The position numbers and the translations under genes were made by a program. Positions 19,160-29,579 of a stretch of 64,000 bases of DNA are shown one piece after another. The DNA is from Candidatus Latescibacterota bacterium. GTDB lineage: Bacteria; Latescibacterota; UBA2968; UBA8231. The notes below the pieces were generated by a model that was given only the letters and a program-made list of their open reading frames with translations, was not told the DNA's origin and searched no databases. Position 1 is the stretch's first letter; each line of letters opens with the position of its first letter. The DNA lies in the NCBI GenBank assembly GCA_965223905.1, contig CBDCXV010000010.1, positions 160,001-224,000 on the forward strand, in the 5' to 3' direction.

Positions 19160-21253
19160 ATGGCGGCTCCGAAACCGACACCACGCACACCCTCTCACAT
19201 GCCCAGGCTGCACACCTCACAGGAGCTGTCGCGGCTGCGCCGGCGCGCCTCGCAACCGGCCTTCGCGGCCGCGGTCGCCGGGCTGCGCCAGCGGACCGAC
19301 GACTTCCTCGCCGGCGAACTCCCAGTTCCCGAACGCTCCGCCGGCTTCTACCACGATTACTTCTGCCCCGAGCACGCCGTCGAGCTCACCTTCGACCCGG
19401 ACTCCCCCACCCGCCACCGCTGCCCGAGCGACGGCCGTCTCTTCTCCGGGGAGCCGTTCGATTCGGCCTGGCTGTGGTTCGTCAACAACCGCCTGTCGAA
19501 CATGGCGCTCTCCCTGGCGCTGCGCTGGTGCATCGACGCGGAACCGCCCCATCTCCGGCGCGCCGCGGAAATCCTGACCGGGTACGCCGCCCGTTTCGGC
19601 AGCTACCGTCCGCTGCGGCCGCGGGAGTTCGGAAACGGCAAGGCGACCTTCCAGTCCCTCGACGAGGCGGTCTGGCTGATCCCCCTGGCGAGGGCCTACG
19701 ACCTGGTGCGGGACGGCCTGGCGGAAAGCGAGAGGAACGAGGTCGAGGAGCTGCTCCTGAGACCCGCGGCGGAGCACATACTCGACCAGAAGTACCACCG
19801 GATCCACAACATCGAGAACTGGCACAACACCGCCATCGCCGCGGTCGGCCTGCTGCTCGGCGAGGAGCGCTTCCTGCGCATCGCCCTGGAGGAGGAAAAC
19901 GGCTTCCACCACCAACTCGCAGAAGGAGTGCGGGACGACGGGCTCTGGTGGGAGGGATCGTCGAGCTACCACTTCTACGCCCTGACCCCGATGATCGCCC
20001 TGGCCCAGGTCTGCGCAGGACGCGGTCTCGAGCTGTGGAACCACGAGCGCTTCGAGAAGATGTTCCGCGCCCCGATCGATATGCTGCTTCCCGGTCTCAG
20101 GCTGCCGGCCAACAACGACTGCTGGTTCTTTTCCAGCCTCGTCGCCGATGTCTGTCACGGGGTTCCGGCCGCGGCGGCCTTCTACGAGGTCGCCCACGCC
20201 TGGTACGGCGACCCCGCCTTCGCCTGGGTTCTCACAGAGAACTACCGGCACGGGAAGCGCGACTCCCTGGAGGCCCTGCTCCACGGCCGCGACGAGGTGG
20301 CCGAAGCCTCGGCCCCTTGCCTGCGCAGCGTCAACTTCGAGCCGACCGGATGCGCCCTGTTCAGGTCTCCGGGGCCGCTGGAAAAACAGGACTGCCTGCT
20401 GCTCAAGTACGGCCCCGACGGGGGCGGACACGGCCACCCGGACAAGCTCGGCACCTTCGCCTGCGCAAGGGGCATCGACCTCTCCGCGGATCTCGGCACC
20501 CCCGGGTACGGTATCGGGCTCAACGACACCTGGTACCGGCAGACGCTCAGCCACAACACCGCCATCGTCGACGGCTGCTCCCAGCCCCTCGCCGAGGGAA
20601 GGCTGGTCCGTTTCCAAAGCGGCGAACGCGACTTCGAGGTCGCCGACGCGGAGGTCGAATTCGACGAGCCGCCCTGGGAAGGGGTGTCGCTGCGGCGGGT
20701 CATCCTGTGGATGCCGGGGTACTACCTCGATTTCACCCGGGGGAGGTGCGACCGCGAAAGGCAGATCGATCTCCCCTGCCGCATGCGAGGGGGCGCCTTC
20801 GATGCCCGCGGCCTCGAGCCCTGCCCCGACCCGCCGCGGCTGCAGGGAGCGGGATACGAGCACGTGAGCGGGGCGCAGGTTTTCACCGCCCCCGGAGTGG
20901 CGGAGCTGCGCTGGCGACAGGAGACCGGCTCCACCGCCCTTCACCTGCCCGACGGAGGGGATTCCGAGATCATCCTCGGGCAGGTTCCCGGCAATCCCGC
21001 GGCCGACTGCAGCGCAATCGTCATCCGGCGGCGGCATGCCCGGGAAACCGCCTTCCTGTCGGTGGTCGAGCTCTCCTGCGAGGAGCGGCTGGAGGTGTCC
21101 CTCTGGCCGGGGGGCACTGATGGTTTCCGGGGGGTCGTGGTGAAACAGGGAGCGCGGCAGAGGGCCTGGGCGATCTGCGGGCCCGGATGCGAGCCGCCCC
21201 CGCTGCCGCCCGGGGCCGCCGGGACGACGACAATCGAACGCTACCAGCTGTAG
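19160..21253 (+). CDS. Polysaccharide lyase with alginate-lyase and heparinase II/III-like domains (PL17-like)
   Basis: QSLDEAVW, HNIENWHN, DGLWWEGSSSYHFY, GGGHGHPDKL, HNT..VDG motifs. Confidence 0.85.
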   Translation: MAAPKPTPRTPSHMPRLHTSQELSRLRRRASQPAFAAAVAGLRQRTDDFLAGELPVPERSAGFYHDYFCPEHAVELTFDPDSPTRHRCPSDGRLFSGEPFDSAWLWFVNNRLSNMALSLALRWCIDAEPPHLRRAAEILTGYAARFGSYRPLRPREFGNGKATFQSLDEAVWLIPLARAYDLVRDGLAESERNEVEELLLRPAAEHILDQKYHRIHNIENWHNTAIAAVGLLLGEERFLRIALEEENGFHHQLAEGVRDDGLWWEGSSSYHFYALTPMIALAQVCAGRGLELWNHERFEKMFRAPIDMLLPGLRLPANNDCWFFSSLVADVCHGVPAAAAFYEVAHAWYGDPAFAWVLTENYRHGKRDSLEALLHGRDEVAEASAPCLRSVNFEPTGCALFRSPGPLEKQDCLLLKYGPDGGGHGHPDKLGTFACARGIDLSADLGTPGYGIGLNDTWYRQTLSHNTAIVDGCSQPLAEGRLVRFQSGERDFEVADAEVEFDEPPWEGVSLRRVILWMPGYYLDFTRGRCDRERQIDLPCRMRGGAFDARGLEPCPDPPRLQGAGYEHVSGAQVFTAPGVAELRWRQETGSTALHLPDGGDSEIILGQVPGNPAADCSAIVIRRRHARETAFLSVVELSCEERLEVSLWPGGTDGFRGVVVKQGARQRAWAICGPGCEPPPLPPGAAGTTTIERYQL

Positions 21254-21290
21254 CCGGGGAGGACCTGTTCATGGCTGAGGGAGGCCGCCA

Positions 21291-22358
21291 ATGAGAGCAT
21301 TCTTTTTCTGGGAAGACGGACGCGGCATCGCCATCAGGGGGCGCAGCAACCCCTACGCCGGGCTGCTGGGGCGCGCTCTCGAGAAGCGCGGCATCCATCT
21401 CGACGAGGGGCTGTACCGGTTCGAGCGGGAGTGGCTGGAGGAGGGCCGCGAGGACCACGAGGTCCTGCACCTGCACTGGCTGCACGGCTTCTACCGCACC
21501 GGGGACCTGCAGTCGACGATCGAGAGGTGCAACCGCTTCTGCGACACTCTCCGCTACGCCAAAGCGACCCTCGGGTACCGCATCGTCTGGACGATGCACA
21601 ACTTCTACCCGCACGAGCGCCCCTTCCCCGAGGTCGACCACCTCGCGCGGCTGTTCGTCGCCCGCGAGGCCGACGCCGCCATCGCCCACTGCCGCTACGC
21701 CGCGGAGCTCTGCAGGAAGCAGTTCCATTTCGAGGGGGAGGTGAACGTCATCCCGCACGGCAACTTCATCGACGTCTTCCCCGACGAGGTCACCCGCGCC
21801 GAGGCCCGGGAGCGGCTCGGCCTTCCGCCCGCTTCCTTCGTCTACCTGTTCTTCGGCAACGCGCGCACCTACAAGGGGGTCGACGCCCTGATCGAGGCCT
21901 TCCGCGAGATCGACCCGGACGACGCCGAGCTGTTGCTGATGATGCGCGCCTCCTTCAACCCGCAGTACGCGCAGGAGCTGCGCGACCTCGCCGCCGGGGA
22001 CGCGCGCGTGCGCATGCACACCTCCGACTTCTTCCCGGAGGAGGACTTCCAGGTCTTCCTCAACAGCGCCGACGTCGTGGTGATTCCCTTCTCCGAGGTG
22101 CTGACCTCCGGATCGACCATCGCCGCGCTGGGGTTCGGCAAGCCGGTGGTGCTGCCGGCTCGCGGCTGCCTGCCCGAGCTCATCGACGACTCCATGGGCA
22201 TCCTCTTCGACCCGGACCGCGAGGGGGCCCTGCAGGAGGCGATGCGGGAGATCAGGGATCGCGACCTCGAGGCGGCCGGACGCGCCGCCCGCGCCTGCGC
22301 CGAGAGCCTCGACTGGGAGGAGATCGCCGACCGCCACGCGAGCCTGTACAGGGGGTAG
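21291..22358 (+). CDS. GT4-family glycosyltransferase
   Basis: NPY, HLHW, WTMHN, FFG...YKG, LTSGS motifs. Confidence 0.88.
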   Translation: MRAFFFWEDGRGIAIRGRSNPYAGLLGRALEKRGIHLDEGLYRFEREWLEEGREDHEVLHLHWLHGFYRTGDLQSTIERCNRFCDTLRYAKATLGYRIVWTMHNFYPHERPFPEVDHLARLFVAREADAAIAHCRYAAELCRKQFHFEGEVNVIPHGNFIDVFPDEVTRAEARERLGLPPASFVYLFFGNARTYKGVDALIEAFREIDPDDAELLLMMRASFNPQYAQELRDLAAGDARVRMHTSDFFPEEDFQVFLNSADVVVIPFSEVLTSGSTIAALGFGKPVVLPARGCLPELIDDSMGILFDPDREGALQEAMREIRDRDLEAAGRAARACAESLDWEEIADRHASLYRG

Positions 22359-22510
22359 CCGCGGAGCGGAGTCCGCGCCGTCCCCAAGAGTTGCCTGCCC
22401 GCCGTCGAGCCAGAAGTGGGCAGGTGGTCTCCCCGCAAAGCAACGCTCATCACCCGGTAACGCGGCCGTATCGATTTCAGTTCTTTCAGCTTACCGAAAA
22501 GGAGAATCGA

Positions 22511-23500
22511 GTGGACATCTACGAAGAGCTGGGAGTACGCACCCTGATCAACGCCGCCGGCGCCATGTCGCGCTAGGGGGGATCCCTGATGGACCCCGGG
22601 TTGTTCGATGTAATGCGCGAGGCGGGCGGGAAGTTCTGCATGCTCGACGAGCTGCACGAAAAGGTCGGGGAGCGCATCGCCGGCCTGCTCGAGGTCGAGG
22701 CGGCGTACGTGACCGCCAGCGCCGCTTCAGGCCTGGTGCTGACCACCGCCGCCTGCATGGCCGGCACCGATCCGGAGCGCATCGCGCGGCTGCCCGACAG
22801 CAGCGGGATGAGATCGGAGGTCGTCATCCAGCGGCTGCACCGCATCGGCTACGACCAGGCGATCCGCCTGGCAGGGGCCACCTGGTGGTCGTCGAGGACG
22901 ACGGGGAGCCTCCGCTCGGGGCGATGGGGGACGCGGTCGGCGGCGACACCGCGGCGATCTTCTGCATGGCCCACAGGCTCGAGGAGCCCGGGTCCCTGCG
23001 GATCGAGGATTTCGTCGCCCTGTCGAGGGAGTCGGGAGTGCCGCTCGTGGTCGACGCCGCCTCCGAGTGCCCGCCGATGTCGACGCTGACGAGGTCCTGC
23101 CGGGAAGGGGCGGACCTAGTGATCTTCAGCGGCGGCAAGAGCCTGCTGGGGCCCCAGTCGACCGGACTGGTGGTAGGACGGCGCGACCTCATCGCCGCCT
23201 GCGCCGCCAACGGCAACCCGTTCGCGACCGTCGGACGGCCCATGAAGGTCAGCCGCGAAGAGGTGATCGGCTTCCTGAAGGCGCTCGAGAGCTACCTCGC
23301 CCGCGACCACGAGGCGGACCGGGCGCGCTGGCAGGCCCAGGTCCGGCACGTGGAGGAGGCCCTTACCGGACTTCCCGGCATCGAGCTGCAGCACCTGGTC
23401 AAGTGCGGGACCTACACCGTCCCCCTGCTCGGGGTGCGCCCGCTGCCCGGCGCCGGGTTCACCCGCTCCGACATCTTCGCGGCCCTGCGGGCCGGGCACC
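22511..23500 (+). pseudogene. SelA-like / D-glucosaminate-6-phosphate ammonia-lyase (DgaE-like) PLP enzyme, disrupted
   Basis: IYEELGVRTLINAAG start, in-frame TAG at 22574, frameshift near 22881, VDAASE, FSGGK, GRPMKV motifs; 3' end truncated. Confidence 0.85.
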
Positions 23501-23547
23501 GTCATGTCAGGGGACGCCTGCGATTGCAGCGGATTTTCCGGCATGGC

Positions 23548-23810
23548 TCAGAAGCGCAGCTTGGCGACTGCTGATATTCCTCTCCCGGGGCTGGGAATCA
23601 GACCGACGGAGAATCGGCGGGATTCAGGAGGTTTGCGCGATAGTTCCGATGCTATCGTCGCCGAAGCGACCGGTAACAAAAGTGAAGCCGCTCCCCCGTT
23701 ACTTGCCCTGTTGTGCGCAAATCCAATTACAAACCCCAAAATGCTTGCAGCCAGAGGGTAAACGAACCGATCATGTCGATCTAGCAAACTCACCCCCGAA
23801 TGCGGATCCT
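23548..23810 (-). pseudogene. C-terminal remnant of the exported-protein family at 24394 and 25648
   Basis: VSLLDRHDRF...SELSR...RRFSVGLIPSPGRGISAVAKLRF matches the paralog C-termini. Confidence 0.8.
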
Positions 23811-23903
23811 TACTCCCCGGATTCAGCGGTCCAGTTTATCGGTTGAAAAACTCGAGCCCCGCAGAACCAGCGGACCAACTGCTCCCGTTGCAGGACCGCA
23901 ATG

Positions 23904-24347
23904 TTAGGCGGTCAGGTGCTCGTCCAGAGAGGCGAGGCAGCCTTCCCATCCGCTCTGGTGACGGGCGCCGACATCCTCGGAGCTGAAACCTTCGTGGATC
24001 AGCTCGATCACCGTCCCCTTGCCGCTTCGGCGAAACTCGATGGTGACTGTTGAAACCTCCCCGTCCATGCTGGTCTGCTCCCATTCCCAGGTCATTACCA
24101 GCCTGCGGGGCGGGAGGATTTCCCGGAAAAACCCCTTGACGAACATGTGATCCCCGTCCGGCGCCTGCATCTCCAGGCGATAGACCCCGCCGACCTGGAG
24201 GTCGACCTCGGCGCTCGGCGTGGTGAATCCGGGCGGGCCCCACCAATCCATCAGCTGCTCCGGATCGGTGAAGGCGGCGAACACCGCATCCGGTTGCGCG
24301 GTTGTTTTGTGGGTCAGGCGGAGGGATATCGCGCCAGCCGCGGTCAT
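23904..24347 (-). CDS. SRPBCC/AHA1-like domain protein
   Basis: VFAAFTDPEQLMDWWGP, DLQVGG.Y, GWEGCL motifs. Confidence 0.88.
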   Translation of the reverse strand: MTAAGAISLRLTHKTTAQPDAVFAAFTDPEQLMDWWGPPGFTTPSAEVDLQVGGVYRLEMQAPDGDHMFVKGFFREILPPRRLVMTWEWEQTSMDGEVSTVTIEFRRSGKGTVIELIHEGFSSEDVGARHQSGWEGCLASLDEHLTA

Positions 24348-24393
24348 TTCAGGAAACTCCTGAATCGCACCGTATCGGGTTTTGCGGACATGC

Positions 24394-25536
24394 TCAGAAG
24401 CGCAGGGTAGCGGCCGTGGACAATCCCCCTCCGGGGGTGGGCACCAGACCGACGGAGAATCGGCGCGCTTTCGGGAAGTCACGCATCATGAAAATGGATT
24501 TTGGGAACCAATTGGCGAAGCGTTCCAACTCGGTGGCAGATACAGCCCCGACGATTTGCCCAACACAGTAGGGCCATGATTCCCATATCGCCTCCCATAT
24601 AGTCCTGCTGTGATACCAATGGTCGAAAATATTGTCCGGGCCGATGGTGCGGGCCGCCAGGAACCCAACTACACTACCACCCAGTGCCGTGGCAAATGAA
24701 CCGTCTGGATCGATCCGACTTACGCCAACTGCAGTTCCGACCGGATATCCTATCACACCCCCAGCCAGACCTCCAAGAATGACTACTAAACCATACCCCT
24801 CACCCTCATCACGGCAAATTGAACAAGTTGCAACTCCAAGGACAGCTATCATGCTTCCGCCCACGAAGCCCCCGCCTAAGCCCCATATAGCACCGGCAGC
24901 CAGCTCTTTGGCTATCCTTTTCCCCGCACCCATGTCGTCGTCCCCTTTCTTCGTTCTCAGAAGGGTATTCGATGCCTCCATGAGATTGCTGCGAGAACGC
25001 CCGGTATCGACCTGCGTACTGTCGCTGGACTCGCGGACAGAAGACGCTGCGGCTGTTGCCGTTCCCTTCTTCCCCACACGCGACCGAGTACGGTCACCAT
25101 AACCAAGTCTCAGGGATGCGGGTTTCGCTTTGCTGGAAATCGGTTTGGCCTTGCCCATGCGGTCCCCGGCCTCCGCCCTCCGGGAGGGCGATCCCATCAG
25201 GACGAGTGTTTGAATACGTTCCACTGCTATCCACTCCGGTTCGCCATCCCATCCGCGGAACAGGGTCAGCACCTCCGCATCGACAGCATGCACGTAGCCT
25301 CTCGACGTAAGAAGTTGCTCCCACTCGCCCGAAACCGGATACCGCCCTCCCTGCCCGTGAATGACCACGACGTAGGAACCGACCGCCACGGTGCTGCTGT
25401 CGATCTCGCCGGGTTCCAGAATCACCCGGTCCGCAGCTTCGGCTGCGTCGACTGCGGAATCCGCAAGCGCAGGGTCGGCCATTGACAGGAGCGAAACTCC
25501 TGAAGCTGCCAGAAGGAATGGAAGAGCATTACTCAT
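24394..25536 (-). CDS. Exported protein of unknown function with glycine-rich hydrophobic helices (paralog 1)
   Basis: Signal peptide; N-terminal 110 aa shared with the 25648 gene; ends FSVGLVPTPGGGLSTAATLRF. Confidence 0.75.
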   Translation of the reverse strand: MSNALPFLLAASGVSLLSMADPALADSAVDAAEAADRVILEPGEIDSSTVAVGSYVVVIHGQGGRYPVSGEWEQLLTSRGYVHAVDAEVLTLFRGWDGEPEWIAVERIQTLVLMGSPSRRAEAGDRMGKAKPISSKAKPASLRLGYGDRTRSRVGKKGTATAAASSVRESSDSTQVDTGRSRSNLMEASNTLLRTKKGDDDMGAGKRIAKELAAGAIWGLGGGFVGGSMIAVLGVATCSICRDEGEGYGLVVILGGLAGGVIGYPVGTAVGVSRIDPDGSFATALGGSVVGFLAARTIGPDNIFDHWYHSRTIWEAIWESWPYCVGQIVGAVSATELERFANWFPKSIFMMRDFPKARRFSVGLVPTPGGGLSTAATLRF

Positions 25537-25647
25537 GCCATCAGCTCCCATTCTTCGGACTTGGCGGCAAGGTTCTGGTGGGCTGATCTCGATTCAGGCA
25601 TCATCAGCCAGTTACACGTACTGCTTTGATTTCTCTCGGCGAATCGG

Positions 25648-26661
25648 TCAAAAATGCAGTTTGGCGACCGCCGACAATCCCTTCTTTGGGTTGGGTACCA
25701 AGCCGACGGAGAGACGGGGGACTCCGTGGCGATATCGAGAAAACTCGGAGAATAGGGTCGCCCCAATGGTAGATCCAGCATAGAAGGGCCATGGTCCCAA
25801 GAGCGAGTAGGTCCAATCATCGGAGGCGGCGACAACTATGCCTCCGACCCCGGTTCCCACCAGGCTACCTAATAACGAAATCATGAATCGATCGTGTGGA
25901 TCCACCCGACTCACGGCAACCGCCGTTCCGACTGAATAGCCACTTACCCATCCGGATAGACCTCCATATGCTGCAGCCAGTCCACACGATTGATCACCAG
26001 AGCAATTCCTTCCCCCTAAAAAGTAATGGCCTGAGACGGCACCCAAGATTGCACCCAAAGAGGCTCCACAGAAACCGAACACAGTACCGTGCAGCAACTT
26101 GCCAACAACCCGCCCGCCGTTCCCTCCCTCCGTTCCCTTAGACAGTGTATCCGACGTTTCCGTCAGACGGCCAACGAGGCGGTTGGTGTCAGCCCCTGTA
26201 GTGCAATACCTGGCAGCCTCGACCTCCCCGGCTGCCTGTATACTGTCCGCGTTTCCCACACTCGGGGAAAAAGATTCGGTTTTATTGGCCTTCTCTAACT
26301 CCTTCCGGGAGCGCGACCCGGACTGGACCAGGGTTTGAATGCCACCCACGGGAATCAGCTCCGGTTCGCCATCCCATCTGCGAAAAAGAATCAGCGTTTC
26401 CGCATCGACAGAATACACGTAGCCTCTTGACGTAACGAGTTGTTCCCACTCTCCCGACACCGGGTGCCGCTCTCCCTGCCCGTGTATGACCACGACGTAG
26501 GAACCGACCGCCACCGTGCTGCTGTCGATCCCGCCGGCTTCCAGAACCACCCGGTCTGTGGCTTCGGCTGTGTCGACCGCGGAATCCGGCAGCGCTGGGT
26601 CGGCCATCGACAGAAGGGAAATGCCTATAGCTGTCAGCAAGAAGCGAAAGGCCGGATTCAT
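25648..26661 (-). CDS. Exported protein of unknown function with glycine-rich hydrophobic helices (paralog 2)
   Basis: Same N-terminal domain; ends LSVGLVPNPKKGLSAVAKLHF. Confidence 0.75.
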   Translation of the reverse strand: MNPAFRFLLTAIGISLLSMADPALPDSAVDTAEATDRVVLEAGGIDSSTVAVGSYVVVIHGQGERHPVSGEWEQLVTSRGYVYSVDAETLILFRRWDGEPELIPVGGIQTLVQSGSRSRKELEKANKTESFSPSVGNADSIQAAGEVEAARYCTTGADTNRLVGRLTETSDTLSKGTEGGNGGRVVGKLLHGTVFGFCGASLGAILGAVSGHYFLGGRNCSGDQSCGLAAAYGGLSGWVSGYSVGTAVAVSRVDPHDRFMISLLGSLVGTGVGGIVVAASDDWTYSLLGPWPFYAGSTIGATLFSEFSRYRHGVPRLSVGLVPNPKKGLSAVAKLHF

Positions 26662-26739
26662 GCTGGTTTTTTCACCTGCCTTGTCAGTCGCGCAGGCCTG
26701 ATGGCAACAGGGCCTTGGCTACCCGGCAAACCCCGCCCC

Positions 26740-27726
26740 TCAGGCTTCGGCCCCCGCCCGCTCCATCTCGCGCGTAAAGCGATGGCTCGCCGCGTCGAGC
26801 CGGGCCATCAGCTCCGCGGGAACGGCGAGCGCCGTCCCGTCCAGCATCTGGTCGACGTGCTCCTCGCTTTCGCTGCCGGCGAGGACGCTGGTCACTTCGG
26901 GGCGGGCCAGCACCCAGGCGACGCAGACCGATGCCCGCGACACCCCCAGCTCTCCCGCGACCGCGTCGAGCTCGGCGAGGATCCTCTCCATCGGGGGGCC
27001 GTGCTCGACCTTCCTTCCCGGGGCCAGGAACCCCTGGTCCATCGGGCTGAAGGTCATCACTCCGAGACCCAGCTCGCGGACCACCGGGAACATCTGGCGC
27101 TCGAACATGCGGGTGCGGGCCTGGTTGTCATCCGACACGGCGGCGCCGGCCACGGTGTAGTAATCCTCGATCCCGGCAGGTGTGCTCGTTCCGGCTTCCA
27201 GGGCGGTTTCGTTCAGCTCGGAGACCGCCGCGGCGGAGTGGTTGGAGACCCCCCAGTAGCGGACCTTGCCCGCCTGCACGAAGGCATCCATCGCCGCGCA
27301 GATATCCGCGAAGCCGGTGACGCCGTCGGGCTGGTGGAGGAGGAACAGGTCGAGGTAGTCCGTCCCGAGTCTGCGCAGCGACCCGTTCAGCTGGCTTTCG
27401 AGGTAGTCATGCGTGAACACCGCTGGCTCCCCCGGCTCGCTGTCCGAGGGGGGGGCCTGCGAGTTGGCAACCTTGGTGCAGATGACCGCCTGATCGCGGC
27501 GGCCGGCGACCCCCCTGCCGAGGGCCTTCTCGGCGCCGCCCCAGCCGTAGGCGATGGCGGAATCGAAGAAGTTGACCCCCGCATCGAGGCAGTAGCGCAG
27601 GACATCGACCCCCTTCTCGTTGGCTTCGCTACGCGCCATCGTGCGGAAGGCGGTCCCCTGGCAGAGCCGCGACACCTGAAGATCGGTGCGGCCGAAGCGG
27701 ACTTTGGACACCTCGCGGGCGGCCAT
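26740..27726 (-). CDS. Aldo/keto reductase
   Basis: FFDSA..YG.G.AE, SLRRLGTDYLDLFLLHQPD, GKVRYWGVSN motifs. Confidence 0.92.
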   Translation of the reverse strand: MAAREVSKVRFGRTDLQVSRLCQGTAFRTMARSEANEKGVDVLRYCLDAGVNFFDSAIAYGWGGAEKALGRGVAGRRDQAVICTKVANSQAPPSDSEPGEPAVFTHDYLESQLNGSLRRLGTDYLDLFLLHQPDGVTGFADICAAMDAFVQAGKVRYWGVSNHSAAAVSELNETALEAGTSTPAGIEDYYTVAGAAVSDDNQARTRMFERQMFPVVRELGLGVMTFSPMDQGFLAPGRKVEHGPPMERILAELDAVAGELGVSRASVCVAWVLARPEVTSVLAGSESEEHVDQMLDGTALAVPAELMARLDAASHRFTREMERAGAEA

Positions 27727-27728
27727 GG

Positions 27729-28535
27729 CTACAGCCCCGTCCTGGCGGCCAGGTCCCGGGCCCAGCCGTACGCGGTGCGGTGGTAGTCGGGCGGGAACCA
27801 GGGGTAGGCGACGATCTCGACGAAGCCGGCGAACCCGGTCTCAGCGAGGGTTCGGAAGACCGCCTCCCAATCGACGATGTCCCCGGGCGAGCCGGCCGGC
27901 GCCTGCTGCGCGAACGGGTAGTGCCCGTGGATTCCCTTGACCCGGACGTGGCGGATATGGGCGGCGTGGTCCCTGATCGCCCGGCAGGGGTCGTCGAGCA
28001 GCATCGCGAGGTTGCCGCAGTCGATGTTGATCCGCAGCCGCTCGGAGCCGACGTGCAGGCGCAGCAGCTCGAAGCCGTTGGCGGTGTCGATCAGGTGGTT
28101 CTCGTGGTTGTGCATCAGCAGGTCGGCGCCGGCTTTTTCCGCGTGATGGCAGAGCTTCCGGAGCACGTCGATCATCCCCTTCCACCCCGCGGCCTCGCCC
28201 CCGGCGAAACTCCCGGGGAGAAACTTCACGCCCCCCGCCCCGATCTCCGCGGCGAGGTCGATCGCCCTGGTGTAGAACGCCTCGGTCTCGCCGCTCTCGA
28301 TGCCGGCGGCGAAGCCGCCGACCTTCCAGGGGTTGAGGATGCTGAAGGAGATGCCCGCGTCCGCGGCCAGCATCGCGAGCCGCTCCTTGTCGGAACTGCT
28401 GGCTGCTTCCGGATCGAGGTGGGTGCCGGGCCCGGTGCAGGGGCCCACCCCGTCGTAGCCGATTTCCGCCAGCTCGGAGACCGCCTCCTCCAGTGAGTAC
28501 CACTCCAGCCCGCAGGTGTGAAAGCTCAGTTTCAT
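27729..28535 (-). CDS. Sugar phosphate isomerase/epimerase (xylose isomerase-like TIM barrel)
   Basis: AEIGYDGV, HNHE, DCGN, HVRVKG, G.VDW motifs. Confidence 0.8.
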   Translation of the reverse strand: MKLSFHTCGLEWYSLEEAVSELAEIGYDGVGPCTGPGTHLDPEAASSSDKERLAMLAADAGISFSILNPWKVGGFAAGIESGETEAFYTRAIDLAAEIGAGGVKFLPGSFAGGEAAGWKGMIDVLRKLCHHAEKAGADLLMHNHENHLIDTANGFELLRLHVGSERLRINIDCGNLAMLLDDPCRAIRDHAAHIRHVRVKGIHGHYPFAQQAPAGSPGDIVDWEAVFRTLAETGFAGFVEIVAYPWFPPDYHRTAYGWARDLAARTGL

Positions 28536-28544
28536 GAACCCCTC

Positions 28545-29492
28545 TCAGTCCTCACGCAGTCCGGCGAGAATCGCCTCGGCCAGCTCCATAGTCTTCACGG
28601 CCTCGTCGAGGTTGGCCCCCGGCAATCCGACCGGGCGGTCGTCGAGGATGCAGTCGAGGAAATGGCGGTCCTTGTCGCGCTGGGTATCGGCGTCGTCCTT
28701 GGTCAGCTCGCGCACCTGCCCGTCGCAGACCAGCTTGCCGGTCCGGATCCCCTCGAGGTAGGCGGAGATTTCGCGGCCGTGGATTTCGTAGCGCTCGAGC
28801 CGCGCATCGGTGGTGTAGTTGGCGCTCAGGTGGGCGACGCATCCGTTCTCGAACAGCACCAGCGCCGCGTGCACGTCGTTGTACCGCGAGAAGCGCCGCT
28901 TGACGATGCTGTGCACCTCGGCGACGTCGGATCCGGCCAGGGACCTCACCAGGTCGATGGCGTGGATCGGCGACTCCATCAGCATCCGCTCCATCACGAT
29001 CTCCGGGAAGCGCCCGCCCCGTTCGAAGCCGGCCATGCTCTTGTGGAACTCCCCGACGAGCTGAACGATAGGCCCGCGCTCGAGGATCGCCCGGCGCGCC
29101 TCGACCACCATCGGGTCGAAGCGCCGCTGCCAGCCGACCATCCCCTTGGCCCCGGAGGCCTTCGCGGCATCGCGCAGCCGGCGCGTCTCCCCGACGTGCA
29201 TGCCGGGGGGTTTTTCGAGCAGGGTGTGCACCCCTGCCTCGAGGCAGGGGAGGGCCGACGGGGCGTTGAGATGGGCCGGGGTCGTCACCCAGGCGGCGTC
29301 GATTCCGCCGGCATCCAGCATCTCCTCGATCGACTCGTGGCGGCGCTGTATGCCGTGCTCGTCAGCAGCCCGGTTGCGGGCCTCCGCCACCGGATCGCAG
29401 ACCGCGGCCAGCTCGACGTCGTCGAACTGTGACAGGTTATCCAACTCGCCGCGCCCGCGGCCTCCGCAGCCGATTACAGCAACTCGTATCAT
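28545..29492 (-). CDS. Gfo/Idh/MocA oxidoreductase
   Basis: VIGCG, LEKP, QRRF, HAID motifs. Confidence 0.92.
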   Translation of the reverse strand: MIRVAVIGCGGRGRGELDNLSQFDDVELAAVCDPVAEARNRAADEHGIQRRHESIEEMLDAGGIDAAWVTTPAHLNAPSALPCLEAGVHTLLEKPPGMHVGETRRLRDAAKASGAKGMVGWQRRFDPMVVEARRAILERGPIVQLVGEFHKSMAGFERGGRFPEIVMERMLMESPIHAIDLVRSLAGSDVAEVHSIVKRRFSRYNDVHAALVLFENGCVAHLSANYTTDARLERYEIHGREISAYLEGIRTGKLVCDGQVRELTKDDADTQRDKDRHFLDCILDDRPVGLPGANLDEAVKTMELAEAILAGLRED

Positions 29493-29579
29493 GCTCTCCT
29501 CGTTCTGATGAACCGGGTGAAAACGCAGTTTTGGGAATGCCCGCGGCAGCCCCGAAGGAAAATTGCTCTTCCCGCCCTG

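Noticed and set aside
9684-21037. Long overlapping or antisense ORFs such as 9684-11720, 12352-14340, 17145-18665 and 19217-21037
   Set aside because: Shadow ORFs expected at high GC; low-complexity translations overlapping well-supported genes.
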